From Kiritimatiellia bacterium (GTDB lineage Bacteria; Verrucomicrobiota; Kiritimatiellia; RFP12; UBA1067): 57,125 bases of DNA. Shown here in pieces: positions 28,359-35,068 of the stretch. Where the stretch lies: contig DAOTKE010000002.1 in the NCBI GenBank assembly GCA_035449085.1, positions 1 through 57,125 of the forward strand, written 5' to 3'. The translations under genes were made by a program, and so were the position numbers. Position 1 is the first letter of the stretch; each line of letters opens with the position of its first letter. A model generated the notes under the pieces. The model was not told the DNA's origin. It saw only the letters and a program-made list of their open reading frames with translations, and ran no database searches.

Positions 28359-28386
28359 TTGAGCGTTGAACGTTGAGCGTTGAGCG
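28359..28386 (-). repeat. heptad tandem repeat (4 x TTGARCG on plus strand, CGYTCAA on the sense minus strand)
   Basis: TTGAGCG TTGAACG TTGAGCG TTGAGCG lies between two cistrons, 29 nt upstream of the 28330 start codon. Confidence 0.6.
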
Positions 28387-28401
28387 TTCTGATTTCATCG
28401 T

Positions 28402-29523
28402 TCAGCGTTCACCATCCAGCCGCACCTCACGTCCCTCTTCCGCCGACCGGTAGACGGCCTCCAGCGCGCGGATGACGTTCAGCGCCTCCTCTTTTTTCAC
28501 GCGGATCTCCTCTTCGCCCTTGATGACCCGCATGAAATGCGCGACCTCATGCCAGTGCGCGTAGAAGGGGTGGTTCGGCTCGGGCGGCAGGATTTTCGGC
28601 GTCACGTCAACCTGGTACCGGCCCATGTTCCGAACGACGCGCAGATCCAGAGCACGCGGATCGAACGACAGCCCGCCCTCCGTGCCCATGATCATCACGC
28701 CGCCGGCACTATCGGGGACATTCGCCGCCCAGCAGACCTTGAGATGGATCGTCCCGCCGTGGTCGAGCCGCAGAAACGCGCTGGCGAAGTCCTCCACGTC
28801 AAACGTGGCGGGATTGTAAGAGGCACTCGACACGCCGCCGGCAAAGGCGCCGCTTTCGACGGATGAGGTGATCAGGTTTTCGTTGCGCGGGCCGATCTTC
28901 GAATACGTCGCGCCGGAGACCGCCACGACCTTGGGGTTCCCCATGATCCAGAGCACCATGTCCAGCATGTGCGCACCGAGATCGTACAACACGCCGCCGC
29001 CCGAGAGTTTCTTGATGTGGAACGAACCGTGGGTCGGAATGCCGCGCCGGCGCATCCGCGCCGCATCCGCGCAGTAGATGTCGCCGAGCTGTCCGTCCGC
29101 GGCGAAAGCCTTAGCGGCGGCGACCTGGTTGTAAAAGCGCATGGACTGCCCCACCAGCAGATGCCGGCCGGTCTCTTCCGCCGCCTTGAAAATGTCCGCC
29201 GCGTCTTGGCTGGTGACCGTCAGCGGTTTCTCGCAGAGCACATGCGCACCGGCGCGGAGCGCCGCCGTGGCGTGCGCCTTGTGCAGCCCGGCCGGTGTGC
29301 AGACCGACACGACATCGGGGGACAGCTCATTCAACATCCTGTCGACGTCATCATACACGCCGGGGATCGCGAATTTGCCGGCCGTCGATTGCGCACGGCT
29401 GAGATCCGCGTCCATGACCCCGACAAGCTCCACACCGCGCTGCGACTGCCAGGCCGGGATATGCGCCGAGTTGGCGATCATGCCGCAGCCGACCACGGCC
29501 ACTCTGAGTGTGCTATCCGCCAT
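28402..29523 (-). CDS. Gfo/Idh/MocA family oxidoreductase
   Basis: LRVAVVGCGMIANSAHIPAW Rossmann motif, EKP motif (LCEKPL). Confidence 0.88.
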   Translation of the reverse strand: MADSTLRVAVVGCGMIANSAHIPAWQSQRGVELVGVMDADLSRAQSTAGKFAIPGVYDDVDRMLNELSPDVVSVCTPAGLHKAHATAALRAGAHVLCEKPLTVTSQDAADIFKAAEETGRHLLVGQSMRFYNQVAAAKAFAADGQLGDIYCADAARMRRRGIPTHGSFHIKKLSGGGVLYDLGAHMLDMVLWIMGNPKVVAVSGATYSKIGPRNENLITSSVESGAFAGGVSSASYNPATFDVEDFASAFLRLDHGGTIHLKVCWAANVPDSAGGVMIMGTEGGLSFDPRALDLRVVRNMGRYQVDVTPKILPPEPNHPFYAHWHEVAHFMRVIKGEEEIRVKKEEALNVIRALEAVYRSAEEGREVRLDGER

Positions 29524-29535
29524 TGTTGCTCCTTA

Positions 29536-30777
29536 TCAGGCCTTGAGGCCGTCCAACTGCAGGTCCATCACTTCGTCCGATTTCAGAATCTCCTCCCACG
29601 TGACCAGCCGCTGCTCGTAGCCCGCCTTGCGCCCCATGATGGCGACCAGGTTGCTCTCGATGCTAGATTCGACCGTCACGTTCCGGCAGTCGCCGGAGGT
29701 GATCAGCGTGTAGAAGGTGGCGATGTTCGAGATGGCGCCGCTCTGGTACAGCGTGGTCGTTTTACCGCCTTTATACAGATTCTTGCCGAGGATCATGCAC
29801 TTGCCGCCGTATTTCGCATGGAGCCGGCCCTCCGTGCCGTAGAGCTCGACGATCTGATGTTTGTCCTGTTCGCCGACGCCATCATTGTACCGCTTGGACG
29901 TGAAGGTCACGGGCACGTTACCCGGATACTGGTATATGACGCCGAAATAGTCCCAGTTGTCGCCGACCCGGTTCAACCCCGTTCGTCCTCCGGTACCGAA
30001 GGCGCTCAGCGGCGGCTTCTGGAACATCCATTGCACCATGTCAATCGTGTGAACATTGATCTCCACCATATAGTCGCCGGACAGCGCCTTGTAGCAGAGC
30101 CAGTTCCTGAGGCGCGTCTCGGGCGAGTCCGGCCCGGCTTTATGGCCGAATTCGCCAGAGTGATTGAAAACTTCACCGAACGTGATCCGTCCCAGCGCGC
30201 CCTCATGCAGCCGTTTCACCGTCTCCTGGAAGAAGGGATCGGTACGGTGCTGGAAGTCCACGAAAACGACCTGCTTGTTCTGCATCGCCTTTTTGTTCGA
30301 CTCTGCGACGGTCCGGCATCCGGGAACGTCCACGGAGACAGGCTTGGCCGTGTAGACATGCTTGCCGGCATCCACGGCGTCGGCGATCTGCTGCGGGTGG
30401 AAGCAGGGCGGCGACTTGATGACGACGGCATCGAGATCCTGACATTCGAGCAGCCGCTGATACCCGTTCAACCCCGTGAAGCGCCGCGCGGCGCCGATGC
30501 CGTGCTTCTCGCCAAATGCGTCGACCTTATCCTGGAAGTAGTCGGCGCAGGCCGTCACCTGAAAGCCGCCGTGCGCATTGAAAAGGCTGCCGATCCAGGC
30601 ACCGCGTGAACCGCAGCCGATCAGCCCCACGTTGATCTTGCCGTTGGCCGATGCGCCGCGAACCACATGCGGTGCCACGAGCATGCCCGATAATGCCGCT
30701 GTGCTGCGGGATACGAATGTGCGCCTTGAGAATAACTCCCCCGAATCCAGTCCGGACGTCTCTGCGGTTTTTTTCAT
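29536..30777 (-). CDS. Tat-exported Gfo/Idh/MocA oxidoreductase (GH109-like architecture)
   Basis: ATG 30777 with AAGGAG upstream. Twin-arginine motif SRRTFVSRSTAALSGMLVA. Rossmann INVGLIGCGSRGAW. Confidence 0.82.
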   Translation of the reverse strand: MKKTAETSGLDSGELFSRRTFVSRSTAALSGMLVAPHVVRGASANGKINVGLIGCGSRGAWIGSLFNAHGGFQVTACADYFQDKVDAFGEKHGIGAARRFTGLNGYQRLLECQDLDAVVIKSPPCFHPQQIADAVDAGKHVYTAKPVSVDVPGCRTVAESNKKAMQNKQVVFVDFQHRTDPFFQETVKRLHEGALGRITFGEVFNHSGEFGHKAGPDSPETRLRNWLCYKALSGDYMVEINVHTIDMVQWMFQKPPLSAFGTGGRTGLNRVGDNWDYFGVIYQYPGNVPVTFTSKRYNDGVGEQDKHQIVELYGTEGRLHAKYGGKCMILGKNLYKGGKTTTLYQSGAISNIATFYTLITSGDCRNVTVESSIESNLVAIMGRKAGYEQRLVTWEEILKSDEVMDLQLDGLKA

Positions 30778-30859
30778 GAGATGAGGCTCCTTTCCCTGTG
30801 TGGTTGACCGTAATGTAGCCTGAATCGCATGGTCAAACTTGTAATCAGAGGCCTTTTTT

Positions 30860-31624
30860 ATGTATTTTATGACCATGAATCAGCAACAGTTTAAGCATGC
30901 CTTCCTGAGACGGCTTGGTGGCATCGAGGCATTTGAGCAGTTGATGGACCTGTTGCCCGACGTGGCGTTCTACGTCAAGGACAGCAAAAGCCGGTTTGTC
31001 ATGTCGAACCGGCGTCATAATGAGATCTGCCATGCGGCGTCGGAGTTGCAGGTCATCGGGAAGACCGACTATGATTTCTTCCCGAAGGATCGGGCGGATC
31101 TCTACGTGGCGCGCGACCGGCAGGTCATGGAGACCGGCATCCCCACCATCAACGTTGTCGCGCCCGCGCCCGAGGAAGAGGGCTCGAACCGCCTGATCAT
31201 CGGCAGCAAGTTCCCGTTGCGGGACCGCCAAGGGAAGATCGTCGGCGTCGCGGGCATCCATCGTTCCGTGGACGAAACGCGCGCGACACCTCAGTCTTAC
31301 GGGCCGTTTGCCAAGGCCATGCAGTACATTCACGAGCATTACCACGAGCCCCTCCACACGCAAGAGATCGCGTCGATGGTCGGACTGTCGCACCGCCAGT
31401 TCAACCGGCGTTTCCACCGCTTCTTCAACACCTCGCTCTGCCAGTACCTGATGCGGGTGCGGATCAACGCGGCGTGCCGGTTACTTGCTGAAACCGACCA
31501 GAGCGTCACCCGTATTGCCGGCGAGGTCGGCTTTTATGACCAGAGCCATTTCTCCAGAACCTTCACCCGCCTGATGGGACTCTCCCCGCTCAAATACCGC
31601 AAGCGGCATATTCCGGGGGCGTGA
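30860..31624 (+). CDS. AraC-family transcriptional regulator with N-terminal PAS-like sensor
   Basis: C-terminal AraC HTH (IAGEVGFYDQSHFSRTFTRLMGLSPLKYR). N-terminal about 130 aa is PAS-like (FYVKDSKSRFVMSN...). Divergent from the oxidoreductase/GRE operon. Confidence 0.85.
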   Translation: MYFMTMNQQQFKHAFLRRLGGIEAFEQLMDLLPDVAFYVKDSKSRFVMSNRRHNEICHAASELQVIGKTDYDFFPKDRADLYVARDRQVMETGIPTINVVAPAPEEEGSNRLIIGSKFPLRDRQGKIVGVAGIHRSVDETRATPQSYGPFAKAMQYIHEHYHEPLHTQEIASMVGLSHRQFNRRFHRFFNTSLCQYLMRVRINAACRLLAETDQSVTRIAGEVGFYDQSHFSRTFTRLMGLSPLKYRKRHIPGA

Positions 31625-31751
31625 TTCCACGTTTTTCCGTCCGGTGCGGCGCGGTGGAATCCGCCATTGCCGGATCGCGACTCCTCCGGCACGGGTGCGA
31701 TCTTTTTGTGTTGAAGTTGAGCGGCAGGAAAGCGGTTGGGGGGCGGTCTGT

Positions 31752-31805
31752 GGAGTGCGGGTGCTTGCTCCCGCTTTCCAAAGCGGCGGCAAGCCGCCGC
31801 ACTCC
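31752..31805. other. extended GC-rich interrupted hairpin between convergent genes
   Basis: GGAGTGCGG..GCTTGC..CCGCTTT-cc-AAAGCGG..GCAAGC..CCGCACTCC. No flanking U-tract. Confidence 0.45.
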
Positions 31806-31864
31806 AACCCCGCCTCTGCATCCCGCCCCTCGCGCTTCTACCGCGTCACCTTCCCTCAGTAAAT

Positions 31865-31892
31865 TGGACGTTCGATGTTCGACGTTCGGCGT
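31865..31892 (-). repeat. degenerate heptad tandem repeat immediately 3' of the AKR stop codon
   Basis: TTGGACG TTCGATG TTCGACG TTCGGCG on the plus strand. On the minus strand this reads CGCCGAA CGTCGAA CATCGAA CGTCCAA, followed by TTTAC. Confidence 0.4.
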
Positions 31893-32773
31893 TATCCGGC
31901 TCGGCCCCACAGCGCCGGGCGGACCAGCGGCTCCGGCAGGTCGGGCACGCACGCCTGCACGCGGCCGAGCACCGCCGCCGGCAGCGGCCCCAGGGCGGCC
32001 ACGCGCAGGTTCTCGCGCATCTGCTCTGGCGTGTCCACTCCGGTCAACACGCTCGCGACTGCCGGATTGGACAGCACGTAGCGCATGCAGAGTTCAGCCA
32101 TCGTGCAGCCGGCCTCGCGCGCCACCGCCTCCAGGCCGCGCCGAACCGGAATGACTGTAGACAGGTTCGGGCGGATGCGCGCTTCCGGCATCAGCAGCAG
32201 CCCCTGCAGATAGACGCTCCGGGCGAACACATGAATCTTCTTCTGTATCGCCACGGGCCAGAAGGCCTCGAAGCGGCGGTCCAACAGGTTGCAGGGAAGC
32301 TGAAGGTAGCGCACGGTTGCCGCCTCCGCCAGAAAGCGGTCACTGTCCAGCGACACCCCCACCCCGTCCGTCAGCCCGCGCCCCACCATCTTCTCCAAGA
32401 GCGGAAGACGGCGCAGGTCTTCTTCGCGGTGCAGCAGACAGACGGCCAACCGTTCAAGCCGCAGACGCCGCAACGACTCGCGGATGGAACTTTCAATGAA
32501 GCGCTCCGCCTCGGCATCGGCACCATCCGGAATGGGCGGGACTTTGCTGACCACCGTCATCGCCTCGCGCAACCCGAGCCGATCCAGCGCGGCGCCCAGC
32601 ACCTCCTCGCTCGTTCCATACGCGGCGGCTGTGTCCAGCGCGCTCACGCCGCCCTCGAAGGCCGTCTTCACGATTTCGCAGACGCGGTCAAAAGAGGGCT
32701 TGCCCGCGACATTCGCGATCCCATACTCCAGACCGAACTGTACCGTCCCCAGCATCAATCTCGAAAATTGCAT
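31892..32773 (-). CDS. aldo/keto reductase
   Basis: MQFSRLMLGTVQFGLEYGIAN..., AKR TIM-barrel pattern. ATG 32773 with GGAGG upstream. The ORF track start 32845 lies inside the repeat. Confidence 0.85.
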   Translation of the reverse strand: MQFSRLMLGTVQFGLEYGIANVAGKPSFDRVCEIVKTAFEGGVSALDTAAAYGTSEEVLGAALDRLGLREAMTVVSKVPPIPDGADAEAERFIESSIRESLRRLRLERLAVCLLHREEDLRRLPLLEKMVGRGLTDGVGVSLDSDRFLAEAATVRYLQLPCNLLDRRFEAFWPVAIQKKIHVFARSVYLQGLLLMPEARIRPNLSTVIPVRRGLEAVAREAGCTMAELCMRYVLSNPAVASVLTGVDTPEQMRENLRVAALGPLPAAVLGRVQACVPDLPEPLVRPALWGRAG

Positions 32774-32786
32774 CCCGACCTCCAAA

Positions 32787-32944
32787 CCAACGCGGGCGAA
32801 GCCCGCAACCCAATTCAATCTCACACAAAGGCACAAAGGCCACAAAGGCTTCTTTTAAAACGGCATCCACCTTCGTGCCCTTCGTGGCTTCGTGTGAGAA
32901 ACAACTTGTTTTTTATTGCTGGTGTTGGTTCGTAAGGCACTAAC
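32787..32944 (-). repeat. 158-bp repeat, copy 1 (5' of the AKR gene)
   Basis: Identical to 34909..35066 by direct comparison. Contains hairpin 32819..32899 and the GCGGGC-gaa-GCCCGC stem at 32792..32806. Confidence 0.95.
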
Positions 32945-33161
32945 GCAGACGGAGCCCACCACCTGAAATTCTCACCACGAAGTCACTAAGACCCCGACAT
33001 ATTGTTAAATGCCTGCTGTTCCCTCTCTCTGTGATCAAGTGATTAAACCACAGAGGCACGGAGACACGGAGGCTTTTTGCATCACCCTTCCTCACCTCTC
33101 TTCGTGCCTTTCGAATCTTCGTGGTGCAACCACCTCTCGCGCTGCAGAACTTGAGAACTTC

Positions 33162-33947
33162 TCACTTCGCCGTATACCCGCCGTCCACCGGGATGTTCGT
33201 GCCGGTCAGATAACAAGAGGCGTCCGAGGCCAGAAACACGACCGCGCCTTTCAGATCGCTGTCATTGGCCAGCCGCCCCAGCATCGTGTTGGCACTGTAG
33301 TTCTTGATGAACGCCTCGGGCTGGTTGTTCAGGAAACCGCCCGGATGGAGTGCGTTGACGCGAATGCCGAACGGCCCCAGCACACTCGCCGCGAACCGGG
33401 TGAAATTGACCATGCCGCCTTTTTCGAAAAAATAGATCGGCGAGGGCGTCTTCATCATCTCGGTGCCGACGTAATTCAGCGGATCAGGTCCGCGCAACCC
33501 CATATATGAGCCGATGTTGATGATCGAGCCGGACTGATGCCGCTTCATCAACTCGGCCGCCAACCGCGTCAGGCAGAAGAGCGCCGAGCCGTTGACATGC
33601 AGACTCCGGTCAAACACTGCCATCGGCTGGTCCCAGTCCGCGCACGCGCAGCGTGTCACCGCGTTGTTGACCAGCACGTCCAAGCGCCCCCACCGCCGTT
33701 CAATCTCCGTGATCAGCGCATGAATCGACGCTTCGTCCTCCAGGTCCAGCGGCAGCGCCGTCACGTCGCCGCCAACGGCGCGCAACGTTTCGGCCACCTT
33801 CTCCAGCTCGGCGACGTTGCGTGATGCGATCACCGTCACGGCACCCGCCTCGGCCAACGCCTCCGCGAGCTGGCGTCCGTACAGTCCGGCCCCGCCGGTC
33901 AGCAGCGCCACCTTACCGTTCAGCGAAAAACTTTCCAGCACATTCAT
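33162..33947 (-). CDS. SDR-family oxidoreductase
   Basis: KVALLTGGAGLYG (TGxxxGxG), NNAV, YFFEK (YxxxK). Its ATG overlaps the upstream stop (ATGA). Confidence 0.88.
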   Translation of the reverse strand: MNVLESFSLNGKVALLTGGAGLYGRQLAEALAEAGAVTVIASRNVAELEKVAETLRAVGGDVTALPLDLEDEASIHALITEIERRWGRLDVLVNNAVTRCACADWDQPMAVFDRSLHVNGSALFCLTRLAAELMKRHQSGSIINIGSYMGLRGPDPLNYVGTEMMKTPSPIYFFEKGGMVNFTRFAASVLGPFGIRVNALHPGGFLNNQPEAFIKNYSANTMLGRLANDSDLKGAVVFLASDASCYLTGTNIPVDGGYTAK

Positions 33948-34888
33948 AGCATGACCTCCCTTCCGCCGCGTGCACGACTTTCGATTCCCGCGATCACCAG
34001 CCGCATCAACTCTTCGGTATGGCTGAACGGATAGGGACGAACGCCGCTCCGCAGATACCCGATGAACGCCGCGAGCTGCGCCTTGAAGGACGCGAAGGTG
34101 TCTTTCGTCACGACCGTCGCGTTGCCGGACGCGCCGCACAGCGTCATGGCACCGCCGTACACCATGCCGGTGCCGCACGCGATCACCACATCCGCACCGC
34201 AACGGTGCTTCAGATGCACCACGTTCCGTTCCGCCGTACCGGTGTTACGCACCGACACATAGCCCGGCCCCGTAATGCTGTAGACCGCCTCGAGCGCGTG
34301 AATGCCATACGTCTCCCACTTTTTCGCCATGGGCATGGCGATGAATCGCCACGCGCCCAGCGGCGCGTTGGGGGCCTGAAACGGCGCGTATTCGGCGGCA
34401 TAGCGTGTAGAACTGGAGGACAGGATCGCCGCGCCGTCCGCCACCCAGCGCTGGAACTGCGCCAGATCCGCCGCCGTGTCGCACAGCGGTTTGTCAATGA
34501 AGAGCGGCACGCCCGCCTCCACAAAGGGACGCGCACGCCGCACATGCTCACCGCCGATGTCAGTCGCAATCAGCACCGCATCGACTGCGCCAATCAGCGC
34601 TTCCGGCGTCTCCGCGACGTGCGGGATATGCGACAGCGCCGCCACATGCTCCGCGTCGCTGCGCGCGTCGCAGAACACATGCGTGACGCGCGCGCCCGCG
34701 ATCCCGAACGCTTCGGGCGGCTGGAGGTTCAGATAGCCCGGAATGCCCGGGAAAGGGCACTCCGCCGTCATACGAGCACGGTCGTAACCGTTCAAGATCG
34801 CGCTCCACGAATAGGGATGCCCGTTGCCTTCGGTCATCCCGATCACACCCAGCCGGATGTCATTCGCATCTCTCACGACTGCACGCAT
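33944..34888 (-). CDS. Gfo/Idh/MocA-like oxidoreductase (atypical N-terminal motif)
   Basis: IRLGVIGMTEGNGHPYSWSAI. ATG 34888 preceded by AGGAGAGGAG. Confidence 0.78.
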   Translation of the reverse strand: MRAVVRDANDIRLGVIGMTEGNGHPYSWSAILNGYDRARMTAECPFPGIPGYLNLQPPEAFGIAGARVTHVFCDARSDAEHVAALSHIPHVAETPEALIGAVDAVLIATDIGGEHVRRARPFVEAGVPLFIDKPLCDTAADLAQFQRWVADGAAILSSSSTRYAAEYAPFQAPNAPLGAWRFIAMPMAKKWETYGIHALEAVYSITGPGYVSVRNTGTAERNVVHLKHRCGADVVIACGTGMVYGGAMTLCGASGNATVVTKDTFASFKAQLAAFIGYLRSGVRPYPFSHTEELMRLVIAGIESRARGGREVML

Positions 34889-34908
34889 ACCTTCTCCTCT
34901 CCTAACTC

Positions 34909-35066
34909 CCAACGCGGGCGAAGCCCGCAACCCAATTCAATCTCACACAAAGGCACAAAGGCCACAAAGGCTTCTTTTAAAACGGCATCCACCTTCGTGC
35001 CCTTCGTGGCTTCGTGTGAGAAACAACTTGTTTTTTATTGCTGGTGTTGGTTCGTAAGGCACTAAC
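34909..35066 (-). repeat. 158-bp repeat, copy 2 (5' of the Gfo/Idh/MocA-SDR pair)
   Basis: Identical to 32787..32944, offset 2122 bp. Hairpin at 34941..35021. Confidence 0.95.
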
Positions 35067-35068
35067 TC

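Noticed and set aside
28359-28386. CRISPR-like or other spaced-repeat array
   Set aside because: The units are only 7 nt, contiguous and without spacers. No array of 24-40-nt repeats exists anywhere in the window.
28144-28398. Possible leader peptides reading through the heptad repeats (ORFs 28144..28398 and 47125..47349, sharing ..N[VA]QRS[ST]Y..)
   Set aside because: Both run far into the downstream genes in another frame. The peptide similarity follows from DNA similarity. The 7-nt period is not codon-phased.
34824-35057. ORFs 31736..32935 (+) and 34824..35057 (+) end in the identical peptide ...NAGEARNPIQSHTKAQRPQRLLLKRHPPSCPSWLRVRNNLFFIAGVGS
   Set aside because: The shared peptide is just the translation of the 158-bp DNA repeat on the non-coding strand. 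There is no independent coding evidence.
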